In this document: positions 56,050 through 64,000 of the stretch, one piece after another
How positions within the stretch are numbered: the first letter of the stretch is position 1
Layout of the letters: each line of letters opens with the position of its first letter
Assembly: GCA_030536295.1 (NCBI GenBank)
Contig: JAUNQH010000005.1
Coordinates: 898-64,897 of the forward strand
Direction: 5' to 3'
Length of the DNA: 64,000 nt
Source: Clostridia bacterium
GTDB lineage: Bacteria; Bacillota; Clostridia; Christensenellales; Aristaeellaceae
Notes under the pieces: model-generated
Database searches by the model: none
Seen by the model: the letters and a program-made list of their open reading frames with translations, nothing else
What the model was told of the DNA's origin: nothing
Translations under genes and position numbers: made by a program

Positions 56050-56661
56050 ATGAAGCAGAAACAGAACGGCGGAAACGTGCACACGCGGAAGAGTCCGCTG
56101 CATCGGAAAAAGAAACCGGCGGCCGCCGCGGCGGCTCCGCCGGAGAAGACAGCGGCTGAGATCGCGCCGATAAAAGCGGAGACGGTTCCGGCAAAGGTGA
56201 AAAAGATACCGCGGATCACGCGGCCTGACTATCCGGAAGAGGAAATGACGCTGGAGATGCTGGACAGATACGGCACACCGCCGGCGGAAAAGGAACAGCC
56301 CGTGAAAAAAGCAAGACCCGCAGGCTGTGTGCGGGTCAACCTGGAAAACGGCATGCCGACGGTGGAGGAGGCGCTGTTCCGGATGCGCGCGGAGCTGAAC
56401 ACGGCAAAGCTGCGCGGAGGCCGCGCGGTGAAGCTGATCCACGGATACGGCAGCAGCGGCACCGGAGGCAGGATCCGCGTCGGTGTGCTCAGGGAGCTGG
56501 ACGCGATGAAGAAACGCGGACAGATCATGGACTTTATTCCGGGGGACGAATTCGGTCCCTTCGGATACGGCGGACATCCCGCACTGAACGGAATGCCGGC
56601 AATGACGAAGGATCCGGACTTCGGAAACGGCAATCAGGGGATCACGGTCGTGATCCTGTAA
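56050..56661 (+). CDS. Smr/MutS2-domain protein
   Basis: VNLENGMPTVEEA...KLIHGYGSSG.GG...NQGITVV. Confidence 0.85.
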   Translation: MKQKQNGGNVHTRKSPLHRKKKPAAAAAAPPEKTAAEIAPIKAETVPAKVKKIPRITRPDYPEEEMTLEMLDRYGTPPAEKEQPVKKARPAGCVRVNLENGMPTVEEALFRMRAELNTAKLRGGRAVKLIHGYGSSGTGGRIRVGVLRELDAMKKRGQIMDFIPGDEFGPFGYGGHPALNGMPAMTKDPDFGNGNQGITVVIL

Positions 56662-56748
56662 AGGTTCTGCTGATCCTTCCTTCATTGAAATATATATACA
56701 TATTCTGTATAATGACCGGTGAAAGAAACGGTTACGCGAGGGTTTGGT

Positions 56749-57915
56749 ATGGGATTGTTTCATCCTGCAAAGGAACAGTACGCCGCGCTGCAGACGGCGA
56801 TGAAGGGGAAAAAATATATCACGTTCGAACGGGCGGCGAACGCGATGCATATTTCCGCCGGCGGTGTGCGAAAGGCTATCCGCAGGATGGAGGAAAAAGG
56901 TCTGATGGTTTCGGGCATCCTGTATTGCGACGATGCGCTTGAACTGGTCGTGAGCGAGGAAAGATACGCGGAATATGCCGCCTGCGCGTATCTGACGGAA
57001 CAGATCGGGCAGGAGATCATTGAAGCGCGGAAATGTACGGAAGAGTATACGGCACGCGTGAACCGGAGCATTGCCGCGGAAAAGGCAAAGGATGTCGGCC
57101 GGGCGTTATCGAATATCGCGCAGGGGTTCCTGGAAGGCAAGAAGTTCGGCACCGTGCTCCGCCGGAGCGGGGATATCCTCGCACGGAAGGTCGATGTGAA
57201 CGGGCAGTGCGATATCGAAGCGGTGCTGGACAGACTGTATGAGTATACGGCGAAGCTGCAGGATAATATCAGCGCGCGTCCGGACAATGTTTTTGAGCCC
57301 GGGATACGCGTTTTCCTGAACGCGCTGCATGAAACACTGACGGAGTGGAACACGTATATCGGAAAGATCAGCGAGTATGAGGACGCGTGGAATATCGTGC
57401 GGAAATCCGCCCGCGGGCTGGAGGAGTATTTTCTGCCGAAGTATCCGGAGATGCTGGATCTGTCACTGAAGACCGCGGCGGCGAATGACCCGGATGCTAT
57501 CGGCGCGAGCCTGCGTGAAAGCGTGCTGTATCTTGCCGGCGCGGAGCGGCAGATCGCCGACGCGCGGGTGAAAGCATCCGTCGGGCGGATCCGCGGCAGC
57601 CTGAATGAGCTGCTCGGTATGACCGAAGGAAACGAGAACGCGATGAATTATACGGATGAGCGGGCCTTGAAAAACACGCTGATCCCGATGCTGAGATCAC
57701 TGCTTGAAAAGTATATCCGATACGAGCATAACGCGCTCGCCAGAGGTCTGTCATCCGAAGCGTACAACCCGGATGAGCTGCTTCATCTGCTGGATGACGA
57801 GATGCCGCGGGCACTGGAAAAAATACGGAGCGGACTGCATCAGAACGCCGCGTGGGAGATGGAGGACGAGGTGCAGGCCCTGCGGAAAAAGCTGGAGATG
57901 GACGGCCTGATCTGA
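56749..57915 (+). CDS. XpaC-like (5-bromo-4-chloroindolyl phosphate hydrolysis family) protein
   Basis: C-terminal LIPMLRSLLEKY...LHQNAAWEMEDEVQALRKKLEMDGL; N-terminal HTH-like segment. Confidence 0.55.
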   Translation: MGLFHPAKEQYAALQTAMKGKKYITFERAANAMHISAGGVRKAIRRMEEKGLMVSGILYCDDALELVVSEERYAEYAACAYLTEQIGQEIIEARKCTEEYTARVNRSIAAEKAKDVGRALSNIAQGFLEGKKFGTVLRRSGDILARKVDVNGQCDIEAVLDRLYEYTAKLQDNISARPDNVFEPGIRVFLNALHETLTEWNTYIGKISEYEDAWNIVRKSARGLEEYFLPKYPEMLDLSLKTAAANDPDAIGASLRESVLYLAGAERQIADARVKASVGRIRGSLNELLGMTEGNENAMNYTDERALKNTLIPMLRSLLEKYIRYEHNALARGLSSEAYNPDELLHLLDDEMPRALEKIRSGLHQNAAWEMEDEVQALRKKLEMDGLI

Positions 57916-58025
57916 TCTGCCCCGGCACGCAAATGCCGTTTTTACAAAAGCACCCGGCTGTGCTATACTTGTATCAGCCGTGACGGAAGGTGCACGCAAC
58001 TGAAAAAAACCGGAGGAAAAGAGAT

Positions 58026-58196
58026 TTGAAGAAAAAACTGATGATCGCGGTGATCGCGGTGGTGGCGGCATCACTGCTCGTGCTGGGCGGATGGATCACG
58101 ATAAACCGTATCAAAGCGCGCAGGAACACGGCTGCCGCGTACGGAACGGTACGCGCGGTGATCACGCGGGAATATACGCACGCTGCGCGCGTGTGA
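58026..58196 (+). CDS. small membrane-anchored/secreted protein
   Basis: TTG after ggagg; KKKLMIAVIAVVAASLLVLGGW; own promoter TTTACA-17-TATACT (57941-57969). Confidence 0.5.
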   Translation: MKKKLMIAVIAVVAASLLVLGGWITINRIKARRNTAAAYGTVRAVITREYTHAARV

Positions 58197-58296
58197 CGGC
58201 GCGGTCGGCGTACCGCCGTGAAAATGAATAAACAACAGGTCCGGAACGGTTTGAATGAACCGTATCCGGACCTGTGTCTGTATTGGGTGTGCCGTA

Positions 58297-60552
58297 TCAG
58301 ATGAGGCTTTCCGGGTCGACCGGCAGACTGTGTACGCGGATGCTGGTGGCATTGTATACAGCCTGTGTGATGGCGGGCGCCGTTGCGTTGATGGCGACTT
58401 CACCGATGGACTTGGCGCCGAAAGGCCCCGTTTCCTCATAGCTGGGGCAGAAATCAACGGTGATCTCCGGAATATCCAGCCGTGTGGGCATGCCGTAAGT
58501 GAGCAGCGAATGCTCATGCAGCCGCCCGTTTTCCCCCACGGAGGCGCGCTCCGTGAGCGCCATGCCCAGCGCCTGCATGGCGGCGCCTTCCGCCTGCACG
58601 CGGGCCAGTGCCGTGTTGATCACGGTGCCGCAGTCGATCACATTCACGAGCCTGGTCACGCGTACTCTGCCCGTGCCGGGGTCCAGCTCGATCTCCGCCA
58701 TACTGACGATGAACGGCGGCGGGGAGACTTTGCCCGAGTGGCTTTCCGTGGCCTGAAGCATCATGGCCTGTCCGCTCTGGGTATGCAGGCAGATCTCCTG
58801 CAGGGAAACGGCGCATTCGGCGGTTGATACACCGCTGCCGTCCAGCGTCATCTCACCCGCGTCCGGACCGAGCAGTTCGCCGGCAGCCTCAAAGATCATT
58901 GCCTTCAGTGAGGCGCAGGCCTTTACAACGGCATTGCCTGTCACATAGGTCGTGGAGGAGGCGTATGAACCCGTGTCATAAGGTGAATGGTCCGTATCCA
59001 CGGCTGCGGTATGGACCCTGTCAACAGAGCAGCCGAGCGCCTCGGCGGCGATCTGGGCGAGGATGGTGTCACAGCCCGTGCCCATATCCGCGGCGCCGAT
59101 CTCCAGAATGTATGAGCCGTCCTCCACAAGGCGCACAGTGGCGGTCGCGGTATCCACAAAGGCAATACCGCTGCCCTGCATGGCCGCGGCGATGCCGCCC
59201 GCACGGATCATGCCGTCCGGCATCACGCGGCGCTTTGCGTTCGCTTCCCAGCCGAACAGCTCATCCGCCCGGTTCAGACAATCGATAAACCGGCAGCTTT
59301 CCGTCACTTCGCCGTTGTCATAGATGCCCATGGCATCGCCTTCACGCAGCAGATTGATGCGCCGCATCTCCATGGGGTCGATGCCGATCTGCCGGGCCAG
59401 TTCATTCACGGTGCTCTCCACCGCGAAGGCGCCCTGCGTGACGCCGAAACCGCGGTAGGCGCCGGCGGGAACCGTGTTGGTATAAACAACGGTGCCTTCA
59501 AAATAAATATCTTTGGCGTAGCGGTAAATGGAGGTGGGCTGCCGTCCGCTGAGCTGGATCGTGGTGGGTCCGTGTTCGCCGTATGCGCCCGTATTGCTGA
59601 GCACGCGGTGGTCGATGGCCAGAATGTGCCCTTCGCTGTCCGCGCCGACGCGGACGCTGATCTCCATCTCATGCCGCGGGCTGCCCGCTTCGAAGATCTC
59701 CTGACGGGTGTACTGCAGCAGGCAGGGGCGGCTGGTCGCTTTTGAGGCGGCCGCGGCGTAGATCTCGCTGACCGCTGTCTGCTTCGCGCCGAAGCCGCCG
59801 CCGATGCGGGGCTTGATCACCCGCACGCTCTGCAGCGGGATCTGCAGCGCTGTGGATACGATGCGGCGTACATGGAAGGGGATCTGCGTGCTGGAGATCA
59901 CGGTCATCCGTCCGAAAGCGTCCGTGTAGGCGCCGGTGGTGTAGGGCTCCATGAAGCACTGGCTGACCTGCCCTGTATGATAGGTGCCTTCGGCAATATA
60001 CGCGCATTCCTTCAGCTTCGCTTCCGCGTCGCCGATGCGGTCGATCTCATGGGCGCAGAGGTTGCGCTTCGCGTCCGCGCCGAAATCGGCCACGGTGCGC
60101 CAGTCGCTTTCCGGGTGCACGAGGATCGGGTTATCCAGCGCGGCGCGGGCATCCAGCACAGGCTCTTTCACCCGGTAGGTGACGCGGATCAGCTTCAGCG
60201 CCTTTGCCGCGGCGGCGGGCGTTTCGGCGGCGACGATCGCCACCGGGTCGCCCACGTAGCGTACGGTGCTGTCCAGCAGCTTCCGGTCATACGGGCTCCA
60301 CTCCGGCACCGCCTGCCCGGCAATGGTAAAGCGGACATCAGGCACATCCCGCCAGGTGAGCACGCAGGCAACGCCCGGGATCTTCAGGGCGGCGGATGTG
60401 TCAATATCCGTGATATCCGCGAAGGAATGCGGGGAACGCAGCAGGCGCACGGTCAGCGCGTCCTGCGGGAAAATATCGGCGGTATACACGGGCTTGCCTG
60501 TCAGCAGGGCAAACGCGTCCTTTTTGCGCACGGGGCGTGAGATCTGCTTCAT
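58297..60552 (-). CDS. xanthine dehydrogenase family molybdopterin-binding subunit
   Basis: LRSPH, VRYVGD, STQIP, IGGGFGAKQ, AYRGFG, DMGTG, GSYAS, GPFGAKSIGE. Confidence 0.93.
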   Translation of the reverse strand: MKQISRPVRKKDAFALLTGKPVYTADIFPQDALTVRLLRSPHSFADITDIDTSAALKIPGVACVLTWRDVPDVRFTIAGQAVPEWSPYDRKLLDSTVRYVGDPVAIVAAETPAAAAKALKLIRVTYRVKEPVLDARAALDNPILVHPESDWRTVADFGADAKRNLCAHEIDRIGDAEAKLKECAYIAEGTYHTGQVSQCFMEPYTTGAYTDAFGRMTVISSTQIPFHVRRIVSTALQIPLQSVRVIKPRIGGGFGAKQTAVSEIYAAAASKATSRPCLLQYTRQEIFEAGSPRHEMEISVRVGADSEGHILAIDHRVLSNTGAYGEHGPTTIQLSGRQPTSIYRYAKDIYFEGTVVYTNTVPAGAYRGFGVTQGAFAVESTVNELARQIGIDPMEMRRINLLREGDAMGIYDNGEVTESCRFIDCLNRADELFGWEANAKRRVMPDGMIRAGGIAAAMQGSGIAFVDTATATVRLVEDGSYILEIGAADMGTGCDTILAQIAAEALGCSVDRVHTAAVDTDHSPYDTGSYASSTTYVTGNAVVKACASLKAMIFEAAGELLGPDAGEMTLDGSGVSTAECAVSLQEICLHTQSGQAMMLQATESHSGKVSPPPFIVSMAEIELDPGTGRVRVTRLVNVIDCGTVINTALARVQAEGAAMQALGMALTERASVGENGRLHEHSLLTYGMPTRLDIPEITVDFCPSYEETGPFGAKSIGEVAINATAPAITQAVYNATSIRVHSLPVDPESLI

Positions 60553-61019
60553 CTGTCTGCCGCCTCCTTTCCGGAGTCCTTCAGCCAGGCCGCAATGGCA
60601 CGGTGCTGTGAGGCGAAGCCGCTGCACCGGCACAGGTTTCCGGCCAGATACGCACGTACGTTATCATCCGAAAAGTCGGTCAGCTCGCGTTTCATGGCGA
60701 GCACATTCATCACGAAGCCGGGATTGCAGAAACCGCACTGGTCGGCGCCTTCATCCGCCATGTACGCGGCAAGTTCCTCGGCTTCCGCTGTCAGCGTCTC
60801 CAGGGTAGTGATCTCCTGCCCGTCCGCCCGCGGCGCGGGATACGCGCAGGAAAGAGCGGGCTTTCCGTTGACCCACACGGTGCAGCAGCCGCAGTTGGCA
60901 GTGTCGCAGGAGCATTTGATGCTCATGATGCCGAGGCGGCGCAGCAGGGCCAGCAGGTTTTCATCCGGCGCGGCGTCCGCGGTCACGGTCTTTCCGTTCA
61001 GGGTAAAGGTGATATTCAT
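60549..61019 (-). CDS. xanthine dehydrogenase family 2Fe-2S subunit
   Basis: MNITFTLNG, CSCDTANCGCCTV, QCGFCNPG, GNLCRC. Confidence 0.93.
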   Translation of the reverse strand: MNITFTLNGKTVTADAAPDENLLALLRRLGIMSIKCSCDTANCGCCTVWVNGKPALSCAYPAPRADGQEITTLETLTAEAEELAAYMADEGADQCGFCNPGFVMNVLAMKRELTDFSDDNVRAYLAGNLCRCSGFASQHRAIAAWLKDSGKEAADR

Positions 61020-61783
61020 ACCCGGGCCTCCTTTCCGGTGATATCGGCTATGCAGCGCGAGAACAGGACGCCGGCGACATGGCGGCGGTAGGCTTCGGAC
61101 GCGGCCCTGTTGGTGCCGTAAGTCAGTTCCGCCACCCCGGCCGCCAGGCTTTCTTTCGTTTCGCCCGGACCGCCGAGCAGCACCGCGCGCATGGGCCGTG
61201 CACCCACCGCGGCGCACAGGCAGCCGTTCCGCACGGCGGCGGCGCAGGTGAGCACCGGCACGCTGCCGGATGTGTTCCGCAGCGCGCGATAGGCGATACG
61301 CGTTTCCTGCTTTGGGATACGGACGCCGCGGATCAGTTCCCCGGCGGGGGCGAGGCGGGCGTATTCCGTCAGCGGGATCTCCCGCTCCGGATAAAGCAGC
61401 ACGGAAGCATCCAGCGGCAGCAGCATGGTCAGCAGATCGCTGAAGCCGGCACGCATATAGAGGCTGCCGCCCACTGTTGCCGCGTTGCGGAACTGGACGC
61501 CGACGACGGCGCGGAACCCGTTTGCGAAAAGGTCTCCGGTCATGGCGTTCAGCCCGGGATGGGTCTCCAGCGCGTGCAGCGTGACAGAGGCGCCGATGAG
61601 GTAAGCGTCCGGTGTTTCCTCTATCCGATCCCACCCGAGGTTCTTAAGGTCGATCATCGTGCCGCCGGTACGGCGGGACATGCGCAGCCAGAGATTGCCC
61701 GCCACGATACGGTTGTTCTGTTTGCCGAGGAGCGTGATCACCTCGTCCGGCGCCGCGGGGGCCGTGTAGGCATTGAACAGCAT
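61016..61783 (-). CDS. xanthine dehydrogenase family FAD-binding subunit
   Basis: IVAGNLWL, IGASVTL, VGVQFRNAATVGGS, ASEAYR. Confidence 0.9.
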   Translation of the reverse strand: MLFNAYTAPAAPDEVITLLGKQNNRIVAGNLWLRMSRRTGGTMIDLKNLGWDRIEETPDAYLIGASVTLHALETHPGLNAMTGDLFANGFRAVVGVQFRNAATVGGSLYMRAGFSDLLTMLLPLDASVLLYPEREIPLTEYARLAPAGELIRGVRIPKQETRIAYRALRNTSGSVPVLTCAAAVRNGCLCAAVGARPMRAVLLGGPGETKESLAAGVAELTYGTNRAASEAYRRHVAGVLFSRCIADITGKEARV

Positions 61784-61865
61784 CTGACATTCCTCCTGTG
61801 TTGTATCTCATCATATCAGCCCGAAGGCTGTTAACAATGGTTTCCGTCCGGAAAAACGCACCGGA

Positions 61866-62621
61866 CTATCTGATGAACAGCTCGCCGCCGACATCCGTAA
61901 CGCGTATTTCAGTGCCATAGAGGCCGGAAAGACGCTCACCGGTCATGATCTCAGCGGTCTTTCCGTGCGCCAGTACGGCGCCCGCTTTCAGCAGCAGCAC
62001 ATCGGCGGCGTAGCGCGCGGCGTATTCGGGGCGGTGGGTGGACAGGATCACAGTGTGCCCCTGCTCCGCGAGCATCCCGGCGGCGGAGAGAACGCGGCCG
62101 GCGTGTGCCGGGTCCAGCGACGCGTCCGGCTCATCCATGAGCAGAACATCGCTCTGCTGGCACAGTGCCCTGGCGATCAGCGCCAGCTGGCGTTCGCCGC
62201 CGCTGAGGTCCTTGACGGGCCTGCGTTCCAGCGGTTCCAGCGACAGCGCGCGGATCGCGCGGTCCGCGGCTTCCCGCTGGCGCGGCCCCGGTACGCCTGT
62301 GAGGGACAGAGTGCGCACGGAACCGAGCGTAACGAAATCCCGCAGGGTGAGACCGGAATGCCGGCCGCCCTGCTGCGGTATATACGCGATCTTCTGCGCC
62401 AGCATCGCGGGGGAAAACGTACGGAGATCCGTGCCGTCATGCAGGATGTATCCGGTATGCCCCGGACACAGCCCGAGCATGCATTTGAAGAGGGTCGTTT
62501 TGCCGGCGCCGTTGGGCCCCAGCACCGCGGTGACGCGACCTTCCGGAAACACCGCGCTGACATCCTTCAGGGCGGTGACGCCGCCCGGAAATGTGAATGA
62601 AACATGCTGCAGCTCCGTCAT
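61866..62621 (-). CDS. ABC ATP-binding protein (FecE/MolC class)
   Basis: GPNGAGKTT, LSGGERQL, MDEP, STH. Confidence 0.92.
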   Translation of the reverse strand: MTELQHVSFTFPGGVTALKDVSAVFPEGRVTAVLGPNGAGKTTLFKCMLGLCPGHTGYILHDGTDLRTFSPAMLAQKIAYIPQQGGRHSGLTLRDFVTLGSVRTLSLTGVPGPRQREAADRAIRALSLEPLERRPVKDLSGGERQLALIARALCQQSDVLLMDEPDASLDPAHAGRVLSAAGMLAEQGHTVILSTHRPEYAARYAADVLLLKAGAVLAHGKTAEIMTGERLSGLYGTEIRVTDVGGELFIR

Positions 62622-63643
62622 TCCGCGTACCTCCCTTTCAGATACAGCACGAGGAACAGCGGCGCGCCGATGGCGGCGGTGAGGATTCCGAGGGGGATCT
62701 CCGCGACCAGCAGCGTGCGGCTGACATCATCCGCCAGCAGAAGAAAGAGCCCGCCGGCAAGCATGGTGCACGGAAGCAGCGTACGGGTGTCCTCACCGGA
62801 AAGCGCGCGACAGAGGTTGGGAATGAACAGACCGACCCAGCCGATCACACCGCACACGCTGACGGACGCGGCGGTGAGCAGCGCGGCGGCAAGCATGCAG
62901 GCAAAGCGCAGAAGGCGGATGCGGGTGCCGAGGGAAGCGGCTTCATCATCATTCAGATCCAGCAGGTTCAGCCTGTAGCGGATGAGCAGCATCAGCACGG
63001 AAACGGGCAGGATCACGGCGGCGATGTTCCATACATCCGGGACGCGGATGCCGGACAGGCTGCCCATGAGCCAGTAGGTGATGGCCGGCAGACGGTTGCT
63101 TTCATCCGCCAGCAGCTTGATGCAGGAAACGGCGCCGCTGAAAAGACTGCCGGTGACCAGACCGGTCAGGATCAGCGTCACGGTGCCGCGGCCGCGGTAT
63201 TTGCCCGCGGTCAGGATGACGGGGATCACCGAAAGCAGCCCGGCGGCAAAACCGCTGACCGTGACCGCCGCGGTGCTCCAGCCGCACAGCAGCCCCAGCG
63301 CCGCGCCGAAGGAAGCACCGGAAGAAGTGCCCAGCAGATCCGGTGTGGCCATGGGATGATGAAACACCAGCTGAAACAGCAGCCCGGCGGAGGACAGCGC
63401 CGCGCCGCACAGCGCGGCGGCGCATACACGGGGCAGCCGGATCAGGCGGACGATGTCCGCCGTCGTCCCGCTCTGTTCCGGCGCGAACAGCGCGCCGAAG
63501 GCAGCGGACGGGCTCAGCGGATAACGCCCCAGGCACAGGGAGAGAAGCATCGCCAGCGGCAACGCGGCTGCCAGACAGAGGATCAGCAGACGGCCGCGGC
63601 GCGGAAGATCCGCCGCCGAAGCTTTGTCAGTTCTGCTTTTCAT
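62618..63643 (-). CDS. FecCD/MolB family ABC permease
   Basis: IRLPRV, GTSSGASFGA, LPAITYWLMGSL, GVIGWVGL, EIPLGILTA. Confidence 0.92.
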   Translation of the reverse strand: MKSRTDKASAADLPRRGRLLILCLAAALPLAMLLSLCLGRYPLSPSAAFGALFAPEQSGTTADIVRLIRLPRVCAAALCGAALSSAGLLFQLVFHHPMATPDLLGTSSGASFGAALGLLCGWSTAAVTVSGFAAGLLSVIPVILTAGKYRGRGTVTLILTGLVTGSLFSGAVSCIKLLADESNRLPAITYWLMGSLSGIRVPDVWNIAAVILPVSVLMLLIRYRLNLLDLNDDEAASLGTRIRLLRFACMLAAALLTAASVSVCGVIGWVGLFIPNLCRALSGEDTRTLLPCTMLAGGLFLLLADDVSRTLLVAEIPLGILTAAIGAPLFLVLYLKGRYAE

Positions 63644-64000
63644 CGATGTCTGTCAGCTCCTTTCCGTCAGGAACATGATACAGTGCCAGATCCTCAGGAT
63701 GCGCGCGGATCACCTTCCGGCCGCCGGTATCCCCGCGCAGGGCAAGCAGCTCCGGGAAATACCGCCGGTCAAAAAGCACCGGGCTGCCGGGTACACCGCC
63801 GGATTCACACCGGAGAATGCCGTGACCGCATTCCGGCCAGGCACGGAGAAGACCGCGGACTGTTTCCTCCTTCAGATACGGCTGATCCGCCGTAAAAAAC
63901 GCCGCGGGCGCGCCGTCATCCGGCAGGGACAGAATGCCGGCCCGCACGGAGGAGGCGATGCCTTCTTTGGCTGCGGGATTCAGGATGATCTTTATGCCGG
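63627..64000 (-). CDS. mocA: MocA-like NTP transferase (Mo cofactor cytidylyltransferase), 5' truncated
   Basis: GIASSVRAG, ADQP, GSPVLF, LRGDTGGR, LTDID; adjacent to the XDH genes. Confidence 0.8.
   Translation of the reverse strand, partial: GIKIILNPAAKEGIASSVRAGILSLPDDGAPAAFFTADQPYLKEETVRGLLRAWPECGHGILRCESGGVPGSPVLFDRRYFPELLALRGDTGGRKVIRAHPEDLALYHVPDGKELTDIDEKQN

Noticed and set aside
60549-61634. 361-aa ORF as a fused protein
   Set aside because: Only the part from 61019 (MNITFTLNG) matches the 2Fe-2S subunit; the upstream part overlaps the FAD subunit in another frame
1-64000. CRISPR array, tRNA, rRNA, IS elements
   Set aside because: No regularly spaced repeats, cloverleaf or rRNA signatures, or transposase ORFs seen by eye

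Overview
64 kb of bacterial chromosome, mostly GC-rich, with Firmicutes/Clostridia-type promoters, RBSs and gene content. A rumen/gut anaerobe is inferred from gene content, not shown. About 59 CDS; no rRNA, tRNA, CRISPR array, integrase or transposase was recognised. Main blocks: (1) 1-12.7 kb: MATE fragment, Fe/2-AEP-class ABC importer, tandem paralogous hypotheticals, modular secreted protein, MerR/TipA and SDR. (2) 12.7-16.8 kb: Ntn-hydrolase plus a single-module NRPS-like protein (adenylation-PCP-membrane acyltransferase-like). (3) 17-22.8 kb: HAD, flotillin, AEC transporter, ECF S-component, GNAT, C45 peptidase. (4) ~23-45.5 kb: a partly AT-richer catabolic locus that combines an AraC sensor-regulator, a sugar ABC importer, candidate glycosidases and sugar enzymes with an unusual redox set: QueG/RdhA-like Fe-S protein, U32-like protein, sirohaem sulfite-reductase-like protein and a FecCD/Btu-type importer. 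This is the best candidate for an undescribed pathway. (5) 45.6-51.4 kb: Gly-rich secreted protein, CE15-like esterase, and an XRE-AAA-CYTH fusion beside an ECF S-component. (6) 51.5-56 kb: two convergent operons (small protein-ClpP-DUF3232-like; IGF-tail protein-VirD4-like) that share a 22-nt promoter/operator motif. (7) 56-64 kb: Smr, XpaC-like, and a xanthine-dehydrogenase-family molybdoenzyme operon with a FecCD-type ABC and MocA. All family calls come from reading motifs by eye, not from database searches.
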